A stretch of DNA of 64,000 nt from Octopus sinensis (taxonomy: Eukaryota): positions 38,812,001 to 38,876,000 of the forward strand of contig NC_043014.1 of assembly GCF_006345805.1 (NCBI RefSeq). Reading direction: 5' to 3'. Of this stretch, positions 12,641-26,602 are shown piece by piece (the stretch's first letter is position 1; every line of letters begins with the position of its first letter). The translations under genes were made by a program, and so were the position numbers. Under the pieces are notes generated by a model. It worked only from the letters and a program-made list of their open reading frames with translations, searched no databases and was not told the DNA's origin.

Positions 12641-13080
12641 CATCATTTAACACCCGTTGTCCATGCTGGCATGGGTTGGACAGTTTGACCAGGGCTGGTA
12701 AGCTGTGGTGCTGCTCCAAATTTCAGTCTGATTTGGAATGTTCTCTACAGCTGGATGCCCTTCCTAATGCCAACCACTCCAAAAGTATAATAGGTATGCC
12801 ACCAACACAGCTGCCAATGTTGCGTGGCACCAGTATATGCCATGACTACAATTTCACTTGGCTTGATGGGTCTTCATCTCGAGCACAGCATATTGCCAAA
12901 GGTGTTCGTCCTTTTTCATTGCCTCCATGTTGGTGATAAGGATTCTGCCAGCTTGCCACCTTAATAATAATAATAATAATCCTTTCTACTAAAGAAGGTA
13001 CAAGGCCTGAAATTTCGGGTGAGGGGACTAATTATTTACATCAACCCCAGTGTTTTACTGGTACTTAATTTATCATCTCT

Positions 13081-13348
13081 GGAAGAAGAAGAAGAAGAAG
13101 AAGAAGAAGAAGAAGAAAGAGGAGGAGGAGGAGGAAAAAGAAGAAGAGGGGGAAGGAGGAAGAAGAAGAAAAAGAAGAGGGGGAGGAGGAAGGAGGAAGA
13201 AGAAGGGGAAGGAGGAAAAAGAAGAAGAGGGGGAAGGAGGAGGAAGGAGGAGGAAGGAGGAGGAAGGAGGAGGAAGGAGGAGGAGGAAGAAGAAGAGGGG
13301 GAAAGAGGGGGAAGGAGGAGGAGGAGGAGGAAGAAGAAGAAGAAGAGT
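13081..13348. repeat. Polypurine (GAA/GGA)n tract
   Basis: About 270 bp with no pyrimidines on the + strand. Confidence 0.95.
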
Positions 13349-13800
13349 ACTAGCAGCAATAGTAGTAGACAAAAGCAATAATTGTACTAGTGTGGTAATA
13401 TTATTACTATTGATAATGGCAGTGGTGGTGGTGGTGGTGGTAGTGGTAGTGGCGGCAATGACAGTAGTTCTAATAGCTTTGGCTCCACATGTTTATTTAT
13501 TCATAACATACGCTATATTGATACTTAAGTATTTACCGATAGTAGTACTACTAAGTGGCGATGGTGTTGGTGTCGGTCAATAATTAATGTAATAGCATCA
13601 GGAAAAGTGTTTCAATCTTAATAAATAATGGCGTACCACCCTTTTTTTTGCTGAAATGTTGATTACTTTATGAAACAAGGTGGAATTTAATATAGTTGAT
13701 TTAGTTTGCATCACTATTTCTTTTGCTTTTTTTCTGTTCCTGTGTCGTAATGCACATTGGGTCTTCCATGAAAGGCTTCTACTCAGAAGCATATCAGTTT

Positions 13801-14352
13801 TTCTTGTCTTGTCTTGTCTTGTCTTGTCTTGAGACAGCATTCACCCGGAGTGGGTTGAGCTAGCTTCATTCATCCTCAATGGCTGCATCTCTCACAAACG
13901 CCGACCAGACCTGGCGATTTGAGGCCAACGACCGCGTGATCTCCAGCCACTCCTTATTCCAGCGGCGAACGCTGTAAAATATGGGGGCCTAGGTTGGGTC
14001 CCAGATCAGCCTTGACTGTCATCAGCCAGGTTTTTCCTTGTCCACCACATCGCTTTTGCCAACCCTGAAGGGGAGCTGGGGCAATTGCTTTGTAGATGAA
14101 TTCCCTTGGTTGACGACGGAGGGCATGACCCAGCCAATGCAGACGTCTCGTTAGGATGACTTGTCGAAGGGAGGTGATTGCTAACCTCAGCCAGGATTTT
14201 TGTTGTCCACCACATCGCTTTTGCCAACCCTGAAGGGGAGCTGGGGCAATTGCTTCGTAGATGAATTCTCCTGGTTGACGACAGAGGGCATGACCCAGCC
14301 AACACAGACGTCTCGTGAGGATGACTTGTCGAAGGGAGGTGACTGCTAACCT
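13801..14352 (-). mobile_element. 5'-truncated RTE-clade LINE with an internal 165-bp tandem duplication and (CAAGA)n tail
   Basis: RRLxWLGHALxRQP...GWQKRCGGQxKxWL occurs twice (14023-14187 and 14188-14352). The tail appears as (TCTTG)n at 13801-13830. Confidence 0.85.
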
Positions 14353-14882
14353 ACTATCCAATACTTCCTCATTTCTGGGTAAGAAATATCAAAAAGCATT
14401 CCATCTAATAGTGGAGGTGCATTACTTAGTGTTTGGGGTGTTGGACTCGTGATCGTAAGATTGTGGTTTCGATTCCTGGAGCAATCAATGTATTGCCCTT
14501 TTGAGCAAAACACTTAATTTCACATTGCTGCACGTCACTTATCTGGTAAAAATGAGTTATCCTGGGATAGAACAGCATCTCATCCAGGGAAGACTATATA
14601 CACCGCTAAGCATTTCGGCCAGTGTGCTAACGTTTTTTCTGCCAGCTTGCTGCCAAACATTCTAGGTGCAAATCTGTAGTCCTTTGAGCCATATGGAAGT
14701 CTCCAGAACATAAATACGTCACAAATTTGACTGACAGGAGGGGTATAGTCATTTATATTCACTCCAGTATTACTGTACTTAACTAGTATTTACCTGTGTA
14801 TTATTAATCAACCCCAGAAGAATGAAAGGTGAAAAACAACTGGTGTGATTTGAACTCAGAATATGAGACATAACTAAATACT

Positions 14883-15297
14883 TATTTCTTTATTACCCAT
14901 AAGGGGCTAAACACAGAGAGGACAAACAGGGACAGACAAAGTGATTAAGTCGATTATATCGACCCCAGTGCATAACTGGTACTTATTTAAACGACCCCGG
15001 AAGGATGACAGGCAAAGTCGACCTCGGCGGAATTTGAACTCAGAACGTAGCGGCAGACGAAATACCTATTTCTTTATTACCCACAAGGGGCTAAACACAG
15101 AGCAGACAAACAAGGACAGACATAGGTATTAAGTCAATTACATCGACCCCAGTGCGTAACTGGTACTTAATTTATCGACCCCGGAAGGATGAAAGGCAAA
15201 GTCGGCCTCGGCAGAATTTGAACTCAGAACGTAGCGGCAGACGAAATACCGCTAAGCATTTCGCCCGGTGTGCTAACGTTTCTGCCAGCTCGCCGCC
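14883..15297 (-). mobile_element. SINE family B, head plus two body units
   Basis: Head at 15297-15250; unit junction at 15065/15066 is the same as in the 10.6-11.8 kb array. Confidence 0.88.
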
Positions 15298-15883
15298 TTA
15301 TAGAGACATAACTAAATACTGACTGGTTGTCTGTCTGTCTGTCACTCTTTTGATGCTGTCAATCCTTGGCCCACTTTTAAAAACAAAAAAATTTTCATAC
15401 AGAAATACTGCTGAACCCAAGACTGGAAAAACTGTTCTCATGCTTAATTCCCACCTAATTTTAAAAATCTGGGAAAGGGATAGCATATTATATACATTAG
15501 CCCTTTAACATTAAGATCACTTTGTCAAATATATTGTTTATTTATTCCCATTGTTTTGAATTAATCATGCATTATCTCATTACTGAGATTTCAATGATGT
15601 GATTTTTTTATTTTTAGAACGATTTAAGAAGATAGGCATGAGAGATCAAATCTGGCCAGTTTGAACATAAAACTGGTAGAATATTAATGCCTGATATGGC
15701 CAGATTAAATGTTAAAATGTTAATAAATATGGTACTATCATCCTTTCTTTCTTTCTCACTCTATCACCCATGTTAAAAAAAAAAATCTGGAGAAAATGGT
15801 TAGCATACAGTTGGAAATAATCCAATGACTTCTCTCTCTTTCCATGCAAAATTGTGCCTCTATTTTAGTTCAGTTACTCTACT

Positions 15884-16101
15884 CTTTTACTCAACTCTTT
15901 TACTTGTTTCAGTCAGTTGACTGCGGCCATGCTGGAGCATCGCCTTTAGTCAAGCAAATCAACCCCAGGACTTATTCTTTGTAAGCCTAGTACTTATTCT
16001 ATTGGTCTCTATTGCCGAACCACTAAGTTACGGGGACGTAAACACACCAGCATCGGCTGTCAAGCGATGTTAGGGGGACAAACACAGACACACAAACATA
16101 T

Positions 16102-16140
<39 letters not shown>

Positions 16141-16475
16141 CAACAGGCTTCTTTCAGTTTCTGTCTACCAAATCCACTCACAAGGCTTTGGTCAGCCCGA
16201 GTCTATAATAGAAGACACTTGCCCAAGGTGCCATGCAGTGGGACTGAACCAGGAACCATGTGGACGTGGTTCGTAAGCAAATTACTTACCACACAGCCAC
16301 TCCATATATATATGACAGGCTTCTTTCAGTTTCCGTCTACCAAATCCACTCACAAGGCTTTGGTCAGCGCGAGGCTATAGTAGAAGACACTTGCCCAAGG
16401 TGCCACGCAGTGGGCCTGAACCCGGAACCATGTGGTTGGTAAGAAAGCTAATTACCACACAGCCACTCCTGCGCC
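15884..16475 (-). mobile_element. SINE family A with tandemly duplicated 5' half
   Basis: The 5' half occurs at ~16143-16305 and again at ~16313-16475. Confidence 0.8.
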
Positions 16476-16984
16476 TGGTAACTTATTTTAACAAATTCCA
16501 AGGCACCAAAACTTAACTTCACCACAACAGGTATTTCAACTAAAACTCTTTATGAATATATGGGAGCGAGTTCAAATCATCTGTTTTGAGTCCAATCAAC
16601 AATAATTAAACTAATTAATTAATTAAACTAAAAGTTAGTTAAATCATAATTCCCTGTCCCATTTTGTGAGATTTTCATAGGCCCAAGGAATAGGCACGCA
16701 GCCAATTCTGCCCTATTTATAACTTAACTCTGGTGTATTTGTACAAAATATTTTGCTCCAGAAAACATATGCTAGGAAGAAGAAAAAAAATAAAATAAAA
16801 ATTCTCCTTGTATCAGTCCTCTAAGACTGTATATATTCTCCTAAAACATGTGTACAGTTCTTTCCCATTACTGCATCAACCCAAGACCTCCTTTGCTATT
16901 TATTCTTGCCTACGTGCTTCTATGTGTTGCTATAATAACCCTACACCATCTCTTCAAAACCAAACAAAATCAACCGTATCACTC

Positions 16985-17029
16985 TCAAGTTATCGCACTC
17001 ATCCTACGGGAGCTTTTGACACTTCCTCC
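16985..17029 (-). CDS. Candidate terminal coding exon of an unidentified minus-strand gene
   Basis: Acceptor tttttttttttacatgttttctag|G. Reads GGSVKSSRRMSAIT* (phase 0) or EEVSKAPVG* (phase 2). Separated from 17201-17246 by a 171-nt GT-AG intron. Confidence 0.4.
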   Translation of the reverse strand, partial: GGSVKSSRRMSAIT

Positions 17030-17200
17030 CTAGAAAACATGTAAAAAAAAAAATTTGAAAATATACAAGTAAATTTTTTAAAAACTAGCAAACAACAAAA
17101 CAAGTTTTATTACAAGCCAATGAGAGAAGCTCTATAAAATCACACAAACATGCTAGAAATAGCAGTGAAATCTCTTTCAAATCATACCCTACAAACTTAC

Positions 17201-17246
17201 AAAAGCAGACAACAATCTGGATAATCTAGTCCTAGATACACTATGC
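17201..17246 (-). CDS. Candidate 46-nt internal exon
   Basis: Acceptor tttttttcttcttgtcag|, donor TTT|gtaagt. Open as HSVSRTRLSRLLSAF or IVYLGLDYPDCCLL; both join the 16985 exon in frame. Confidence 0.42.
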
Positions 17247-17532
17247 CTGACAAGAAGAAAAAAATATAGAGACAGACTGATGACGTCCGGAACACTTTTG
17301 GTTTTAAATTTTGAATCAAGATTGACCTGGAGTTAAACAACAACTCTCTTAGAAAAATTTTTTCATTCATATTGATCAAATTTGCTTTCCCCTAAAACAA
17401 AAACCAATTTTCACATGGGAAGCAGTGTAGACAATTGAATCAACACCAGTTAATTAATGGTAATTATTTTGTCAATGCCACTGGGTGTTTTAATCTACCA
17501 TATACTTATGTATGTATGTTCGTATGATGTAT

Positions 17533-17570
<38 letters not shown>

Positions 17571-17607
17571 ATGTATGTATGTACGTATGATGTATACATT
17601 ATATATA

Positions 17608-17950
17608 CTCTCTTTTACTTGTTTCAGTCATTCTGATTGCGGCCATGCTGGAGCACCGCCTTTAGTCAAGCAAATCGACCCCGGGACTTATTCTTTGTAA
17701 GACCAGTACTTATTCTATCAGTCTCTTTTGCCGAACCGCTAAGTGACAGGGACGTAAACACACCAGCATCGGTTGTCAAGCAATGCTAGGGGGACAAACA
17801 CAGACACACACATATATATATATATACGACAGGCTTCTTTCAGTTTCCATCTACCAAATCCACTCACAAGGCATTGGTCAGCCCGGGGCTATAGCAGAAG
17901 ACACTTGCGCAAGATTCCACGCAGTGGGACTGAACCCGGAACCATGTGGT
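17608..17950 (-). mobile_element. SINE family A
   Basis: Reverse-complement match to 6948-7356, with the head truncated. Confidence 0.82.
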
Positions 17951-18725
17951 TTGTTGATAGATAGATATACCTATACATATGTATACATACACATATGTAC
18001 AAAGATACACACACACACACACACATTTACATATACTGGTGATGCTTCAGCATGACAACAGCCTTTGGACTAGAATGCATAAAAAAATTATGTATATACG
18101 GAACATGTTAAGCCTTATCTGGCCCAAATATTCTACCTGTATCATGTTAAAACTGACCAGATCTAACCTCTCACACCTACCTTACAATGTCATTCCAAAA
18201 ACACACAAATACACCATTGAAATCATGAAGCTATGAGCTAATGTGACTAACTGAAGACAATGTGAATAAATATGCAATACATTTGACAGAGAAATCTGAA
18301 TGCTAAACGTTTAGACTGAATGCTATAAAGTGAAGTTATATCGAAAACTATATTGTATATATTGGTAATTTATTTCTGTATATATAAATGATTAATCAAA
18401 CTATTGGTGTTGAATTTAATAAAGCTAGTGTAGTCTTTGATCTAAATACAATCTCCAGCTGGTTGTATCTGTTTGATCATGTCTCTCTCAACAGCTGAAA
18501 ACTTAGCAATATCATAAGCACAGGTGTAGCTGTGTGGTAAGAAGTTTGCTTCCGAACCACATGGTTCTGGGTTCAGTCCCACTGCATGACACCTTGGGCA
18601 AATCACAGATACACACACACACATATATATATAAAGTTAATCCAAACAAGAAAGCACAAAAAAACACAACAACGCGAGGACGTGGAACAAATATAGTATT
18701 ATTGGACACTCAGGAAAGAAGGAGG

Positions 18726-18760
18726 GTTTAACGTTTCAAGCAGAGCTCTTCGTCGGAAAC
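18726..18760 (-). ncRNA. Minimal hammerhead motif, family HH2 (in a Penelope-like repeat ~18640-18830)
   Basis: GUUU-CCGACGA-A-GAGC(UCU)GCUU-GAAAC-GU-U-AAAC. Confidence 0.62.
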
Positions 18761-19209
18761 ATAGGAGAAGGAAAGATCCAGAGAAGGGAAGACAGAGGAA
18801 AAAAAATCGCCAACGGTACACATGCAGTCACATTTTATATACAACGGGCTTCTTACAGTTTCTGATTACCAAATCCACTCACAAGGCTTTGGTTGGCTTG
18901 AGGCTATAGTAGAAGACACTTGCCCAAGGTGCCATGTAGTAGGACTGAACCCGGAACCATGTGGTTGATAAGCAAGCTACTTACCACACAGCCACTCCTA
19001 TGCCTACAAGTGTTTGAAATAACATAACTACACTTGCAAATAAAAGGTCAGGTACTTTTGCATGTGTGATAATGTATTTCTGTATTTACATTCTGCTATG
19101 GAACCTGAGCTACTTTTACATGTGCCACCCTGTATAACCTTAGAAAAAAATATTTTTAAATAGAAAAAAAAAAAAAAAAGGGTAGAGTTGACTTTGCCTT
19201 TCATAGTCG

Positions 19210-19365
19210 CAGGAGTGGCTGTGTGGTAAGTAGCTTGCTTACCAGCCACATGGTTCTGGGTTCAATCCCACTGCGTAGCATCTTGGGCAAGTGTCTTCTG
19301 CTATAGCCCCGGGCCAACCAATGCCTTGTGAGTGGATTTGGTAGACGGAAACTGAAAGAAGCCTG

Positions 19366-19418
<53 letters not shown>

Positions 19419-19651
19419 ATATATATGTGTGTGTTTGTGTGTCTGTGTTTGTTCCCCTAGCATTGCTTGACAACCGATGCTGGTATGTTTACGTCCTCGT
19501 CACTTAGCGGTTCGGCAAAAGAGACCGATAGAATAAGTACTGGGCTTACAAAGAATAAGTCCCGGGGTCGATTTGCTCGACTAAAGGCGGTGCTCCAGCA
19601 TGGCCACAGTCAAATGACTGCAACAAGTAAAAGAGTAAAAGAGTAAGAGTA
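19210..19651 (+). mobile_element. SINE family A, full length
   Basis: Head to tail intact. Lies ~200 bp from an oppositely oriented 5' half at ~18835-19000. Confidence 0.85.
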
Positions 19652-19899
19652 TCATTTGGTATGCCTTTTGATCCCACTGCCTTAAAACACACTGCTATTG
19701 TTAGCAGATCAAGGCTACCACAATGGTTTGTATAGAACTAGGTTTCCAAGAGCAGTGCAACTTTTTACTTCCCTCAGTACAAGTCTCAGTATAAGCATCC
19801 ATTTGCTCTCTCTCTCTCTATCAATTCTGCAAAATTGATTACAGCAAAAGATGTTTTTTCATCTAGGATCTGAACAGTTACAATATTAAAAATTTTTTT

Positions 19900-19997
19900 T
19901 TGCCTTTATACATACATACATACGTTCATACATATATACATACGTGTGGTGTCTAAGCATTATGTATATAATGCATATAAGCGAGCGCATGTGTGTG

Positions 19998-20037
<40 letters not shown>

Positions 20038-20322
20038 CATATATATATACATATATATATACATATATATATACATACATATATATACATATACATATAT
20101 ATACATACATACATATAATACATACATACATATATATATACATACAATATATATACATACATACATATATAATACATATATATATATATACATATATATA
20201 TATAATATATATATACATATATACATACATATATATATACATACATACATATATATACATATATACATATATATAATACATATATATACATACATATATA
20301 TTACATACATACATATATATAT

Positions 20323-20357
<35 letters not shown>

Positions 20358-20408
20358 CATACATTTATACATACATATATATATATACATACATTATATA
20401 CATACATA

Positions 20409-20446
<38 letters not shown>

Positions 20447-20591
20447 CATACTATATATACATACATATATTATACATACATATATATACATAACATATAT
20501 ATACATACATATATATAATACATATATACATACATTATATACATACATATATATACATACTATATATACATACATATATATATTACATACA

Positions 20592-20622
<31 letters not shown>

Positions 20623-21005
20623 TATATATATACATACATATATATACACATACATACATAATATATATATATACATACATACACATACATACATACATAT
20701 ATATATATACATACATACATACACATACATACATATATATATATACATACATACATACACATACATACATATATATATATACATACATATATATTACATA
20801 TATATATACACATACATACATATATATATATATACATACATACATACACATACATATATATATACACATACATACATATATAAATACATACATATATATA
20901 CATACATACATACCTACATATATATACATACATATATACATACATATATACATACACACACACAAACATACATACATACATATATACATACATACATATA
21001 TATAT
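19900..21005. repeat. ~1.1-kb degenerate (TA)n/(TACA)n microsatellite
   Basis: Almost pure alternating purine-pyrimidine; source of the Y/I/H/T- and M/Y/V/C-rich ORFs. Confidence 0.95.
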
Positions 21006-21831
21006 AGTGTATCTTGTATGAGTGTTTATAAAATTATACATTTATATTCATACATGTGTGTGTCTTCTGCTAGTTCTTGCCAATGAACACAACATTATCT
21101 CATTTCTGCCCACACAGATTTTTGAGAGATGTATATATCTATATGAGACACAAACACATACATGAAGACAAATACACATACATATAATTCTATAGGCTAA
21201 AGTTAGTCTGAAAGATTACACTCTGCCACCCACATCTTTTCTTTTTCATTTATTTTTATGTTTTCATTTAAATTCCAACCCAATAACAGATTACAAAAAC
21301 TCATTCTATTTATCTCTCTCTCTCTCTCATCTTCAACACCGATTCACATAAACCAGACATTCTTTTAGTTCTTCTAATTTAGACTTACATTCATTTAATT
21401 ATTTACTTATAAAGTTTCTTTGATTTTTCTCAATGTTTTATGATAACAATCCTTCAAAATAGGCGATGCGGTGGCTATGTGGTAAAAAGCTTGCTTCCCA
21501 ACCACATGGTTCTGGGTTCAGTCCCACTGCATAGCACCTTGGGCAAGTATCTTCTACTATAATCTTAGGCCAATCAAAGCCTGGTAAGTGGGTTTGGTAG
21601 ATGGGATTTGAAAGACGCCTGTCATGTGTGTCTGTGAGTGTTTATCACCCACCACTACTTGACAACCTGCATTGGTGTGTTTATGCCCCCATAACATAGC
21701 AGTCCAGCAAAAGAGACTGATAGAATAAGTCCTAGGTTTTTTTTAAATAAGTACTGGGGTCATTTTGTACAACTAAAATTCTTCAAGGTAATGCCCCAGT
21801 ATGGCCGCAGTCTAAGACTGAAACAAGTAAA

Positions 21832-21865
<34 letters not shown>

Positions 21866-22115
21866 TTGAGAAGACCCGGCAAGCCAAATGAGACCATAAC
21901 CTCGTGACCTATGCCAGGGGCATAACCAGCCCACTTATGATAACAATCCTTCCAAATAGGTGAAGGGGTGACTATGTGGTAAAAAGCTTGCTTTCCAACT
22001 ACATGGTTCTGGGTTCAGTACCCCTGTGTGGCACCTTGGGCAAGTGTCTTCTACTATAACACTGGACCAACAAAACTCTTGAGAGTGGATTCGGTAGACA
22101 GAATCTAAAAGAAAA

Positions 22116-22527
22116 CAGCGAGCTGGCAAAATCGTTAGGACGCCGGGCGAAATGCTTAGTGGTATTTCATCTACCGCTACGTTCTGAGTTCAAATTCTGC
22201 CGAGGTCGACTTTGCCTTTCATCCTTTCAAGGTCGATTAAATAAGTACCAGTTACGCACTGGAGTCGATGTAATCGACTTAATCCGTTTGTCTGTCCTTG
22301 TTTGTCCTCTCTGTGTTTAGCCCCTTATGGGTAGTAAAGAAATAGGTATTTCATCAGCCACTACGTTCTGAGCTCAAATTCCGTCGAGGTTGACTTTGCC
22401 TTTCATCCTTTCAGGGTCAATTAAATAAGTATCAGTTATGCACTGGGGTCAATGTAATGACTTAATCCCTTTGTCTGTCCTTATTTGTCCCCTTTATGTT
22501 TAGCCCCTTGTAGGCAATAAAGAAATA
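22116..22527 (+). mobile_element. SINE family B, head plus two body units
   Basis: Junction AAAGAAATAG|GTATTTC at 22345/22346. Confidence 0.85.
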
Positions 22528-24787
22528 AGAAACTAAAAGAAACCAATATATATGTGTGCACATGTGCACCTGTGTAGTCACATGCAAATTGAAACCCTCT
22601 TGGTCTTCTTTACTCTTGATTCGGTCTAAGAACCTGAACGTGATGGCTAGATGGGTAGAGGGCAGCACCAGCACCCTAGTTCATATATTTTAGATGCATT
22701 ATTTCTAAGCAGACAGGAGCAGCATGAAACTTTGTTTTATGTGGCACTACCCAGTCCAAGAATTGAAGCCACAACCTTAATGATTGTAATACAAACATTG
22801 TAATCACCGGGTCACACTCTAACACATTGTATTTGCGACAGGTGAGAAATAGTTCTTTCATTCTTGGAATAGAAGCTACTCATTTCCCAAAATATGGTTA
22901 ATACAAACTAAATGACTATGGGGAAAACTACTATGGAAGGAAAATGGAAACTAGTAATTGTTCTAAAGTCTCCAGATCAGCTCTGATAGAACAAACAAAC
23001 CTTATAATCATATGTAATCCAGTGGTTACTATCCAGGTTTGTTTTGTTTTTCCCCACCGGGGTGTACTCTTTACTCTTTTACTTGTCTCAGTCATTTGAT
23101 TGCGGCCATGCTGGAGCACTGCTTTTAGTCAAGCAAATCAACCCCAGGACTTATTTTTTGTAAGCCTAGTACTTATTCTATTGATCTCTTGGCTGAACCG
23201 CTAGGTTACAGGGACACAAACACACCAGTGTCGGTTGTCAAGCGATGTTGGGGGACAAACACAGACACAAAAGCACACACACACACACATATATACATAT
23301 ATATACGACGGGCTTCTTTCAGTTTCTGTCTACTATATCCACTCACAATGCTTTGGTCGGTCCGACCACGTGGTTGGTAAGCAAGCTACTTACCACACAG
23401 CCACTCCTGCACATATTGTATATATTTTTAACTTACTTATCAAATGTGTCATCCCCCTTTTAAAAGGTAAACGTGTGAATCAAAAGAGATTTAGCAGCTA
23501 TTTCTAGCATGTCAAGAAACTACATATAGGCTCCCTTATTGGCTTAGTGGGTTACATAAATAATAGTAAGGTGGAATATGCTGGTTGTTATAAGACAGAC
23601 ATCAATAATAGTTACAGTGTTAGCAATATTTAATGCATGGCATATTTTAAAAGCAAACTAGAAATAAAATATACAATAGTGAGAAAAATAAACAATATTA
23701 GTCAATGACTTTTATTTAAAATTTTTTTTCTCTTTTTTTTTCCAAGGTCAAGGGACAACATATAGATGAGATCATCAACTTGTTTCAAGCTAGAACATAT
23801 TTTTATAAAATATATGCCTCATGTTTGAAAATGTCAATACACTAATGTTTATAAACAAAACTTTTTAACAAATAAGTGTAGACAGTGTAGGGTTATTAGA
23901 TCATTAATAACTTTAAAAAGTTCTTAGAAAATGAAATTTCAGGTCATGCGTTTAAATTGCAGTACAGTGTATGGAAGAGAGAACATGACAGTACAAATGA
24001 AATATAATATAATATAATATGTTTTACACAAGTTTTTGTAAAACATATACTAGAAAGAAAACTCTTAAACAGACTTAGAAATATCAGGTCATGCACCAAA
24101 ACATTTGACTTTTTTTTTATTATATTCCATTATTATTATTCACTTTGTTCATCACGTCTATTCATCGTCTTATTTATTTTATTCCATTTCAGAAATTATA
24201 TATATATATATAATATATATATATATATATTATATATATATATATATATTATATATATATATATAAACATATATAAATATTGTATTCGTCATTATATTTA
24301 TTTTATTAAATTTCTGAAACAATATATATATATAAAACTGAGTTTGTGTGTGTGTGTTCCTTATGGATTTGAAAACAGAGGTGCCAATTTTGACATATGA
24401 GATACCAAAAGATTCAGTAATCTTTTGGCTACCAAGTAAAGTATGACTTTGCACAACAACACTTTTTTACTACAAAAATAACCTTGAAAACAAGGTCAGT
24501 TTGCACAATTTTGAGGTCTTTAGCTAAGAGAGGCAACTCTACTTAAACAATCTTTGTCTTAGATAGAGCATAATAAGAAAAGGTTTGAAATACATGTTGT
24601 TTTACCAGGGAATGAAGCTTCAAAGATATACTGTCAACTTTTACTATTATGGAGATGTACTAAGCAAGTGACTTCAGCTGAGATCGCATGCTGAAACAAA
24701 GACAATTACAGTGTGGAAGATATTTGTAAGCCATTCAAGAACACACAAAAACCATTAGTTTCACTTCAACATTTAATTTTCATTTGT

Positions 24788-24836
24788 GCCAAAATATTTT
24801 CGTCACTTTGAAGCTGCAACCTGTTCACTGGCAAAA
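24788..24836 (-). ncRNA. Atypical hammerhead-like three-way junction, family HH6
   Basis: UUUUGCC-AGUGAACAG-GUUGC(AGCUUCAAA)GUGAC-GAAA-AUAUUUU-GGC. Same family as 63561-63611. Confidence 0.35.
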
Positions 24837-25808
24837 CTTGGCACTGCAAGTTTATTACTATTATTTAGTAGATAATCTTCTAATGTGAAGTATGCTTGTC
24901 TGTGTTTTGTTTAGCCCAGATGTAGCAGACCCATTGCATATGTTTTTCTTTCTTCCTGAACTACTGCAAATCTATGTCTTTCTTTTGATGACAGGGTGTG
25001 TTTTAGAAGAGATTTGGCTGCTATTTGTAGTAGCTCAAGTTACCACAGACATATCTGTGTGTGTGTGAGTGTGTGTGTTTTGTTGCGGTGAAAAAAGTAT
25101 TTTTTCACAGAATATTTTGCACACCAACCACATGGTTCAGGATTCAGTCCCATTGCGTGGCACCTTGGGCAAGTGTCTTCTACTATAGCCTCAGGCCGAC
25201 CACAGACTTTTGAGTGCCCATCATATATATGTATGTGTGTGTGTGTATATGTTTGTGTGTCTGTGTTTGAGAAGCCCATCATATATATGTATGTGTGTGT
25301 GTGTGTATATGTTTGTGTGTCTGTGTTTGTCCCCCCCAACATCGCTTGACAACCGATGCTGGTATGTTTACGTACCCGTAACTTAGCGATTCAGCAAAAG
25401 AGATTGATAGAATAAGTACTAGGCTTACAAAGAATAAATCCTGGGATTGATTTGCTCGACCAAAGACAGTGCTCCAGCATGGCCACAGTGAAATGACCGA
25501 AACAAGTAAAAGAGTAAAAAAGGTAAAATAGTAATAATTTTTAAAGAAATCTGGACATCTTTCTTACTGCTAACCATTCAACTTCAAATTACAATTGTTG
25601 GCAGTCAAGTCGACTGAGATGTACATATAGGGTTATCGTATAGAGTGAACGTTCAATACGATGTTTTGAACTCATTATTTTGTGGTTGGTATTCCATTAC
25701 CTTAAATTTGAAGCCATTCAGACTTTTAAACATTATTTTACTGAGTTTAGTCATTCAATTGTTACCATGATGGGGGTCACTTTCAAAAATTTAATTGGTC
25801 ATACTGAC

Positions 25809-25861
25809 CTCAGTATGTTTTGCAATCTGGCCATTTATTTTATAGATCTCTGTTTGATGAA
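25809..25861 (-). CDS. Candidate 53-nt internal exon
   Basis: tgttagcag|...GAG|gtcagt. Only one frame is open: xHQTEIYKINGQIAKHTE (phase 1 to 0). Confidence 0.3.
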
Positions 25862-26602
25862 CTGCTAACATTGAGACACAGTGGGACACAATACTCAATT
25901 TAACAACAAATGTAAACACACACACACAAATATTAGGGGCAAAAATGACTGTGTGGTTGAGAAGTTTACTTCCCAACCACATGGTTCTATGTTCAGTCCC
26001 TCTGCATGGTACCTTGGGCAAGTGTTTTCTACTATAGCCCTAGGCCAGCCACAGACTTGTGACTGAATTTGATAAACAGAAACTGCAGCGTTGTTCATCA
26101 GAAAATTACCAAAAAATAAGTTTATAAAGAAGGGTTATTTGCTTCATACTCCTCATGTGCCAATTCTGCCCATAAGAAAGGAACAAATAATACAATGTGG
26201 CTGTAGGTCATAACATGAACTTCTGACAATATATAATATATATCATCATCATCATCATTTAACGTCCTCTTTCCATGCTAGCATGGGCTGGACGATTTTG
26301 ACTGACGCCTGGCAAACCAGATGGCTGCACCAGGCTCCAATCTTGATTTGGCAGAGTTTCAACAGCTGGATGCCCTTCCTAATGCCAACCACTCCGAGAG
26401 TGTAGTGGGTGCTTTTCACGGGGGCCAGTCAGGCGTTACTGGCAACGACCTCGCTCAAATCCTTTAACACATGCCCCCAGCACAGGTGCCAGTAAGGCGA
26501 CTTTCGTAACGATCACGCTCAAATGGTGCCCTTTTATGTGCCACTGGCACGGAAGCCAGTTAGCAGCTCTGTCAATGATCACGCTCGTATGATAATGGCA
26601 AA

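Noticed and set aside
17277-17295. Isolated CTGATGA or CTGAAGA heptamers (also 26694, 33840, 34364, 56394 and within 50146-51100)
   Set aside because: No stem II plus GAAA plus stem III context.
19886-21041. Long Y/I/H/M/V/C-rich ORFs (also 44020-44826 and many shorter ones)
   Set aside because: Translations of TA/CA microsatellites.
25809-25861. Assignment of the candidate gene to HAUS2 from the QxEIYxxNxxI resemblance
   Set aside because: An 11-residue similarity from memory, unsupported by the other candidate exons; no gene symbol assigned.
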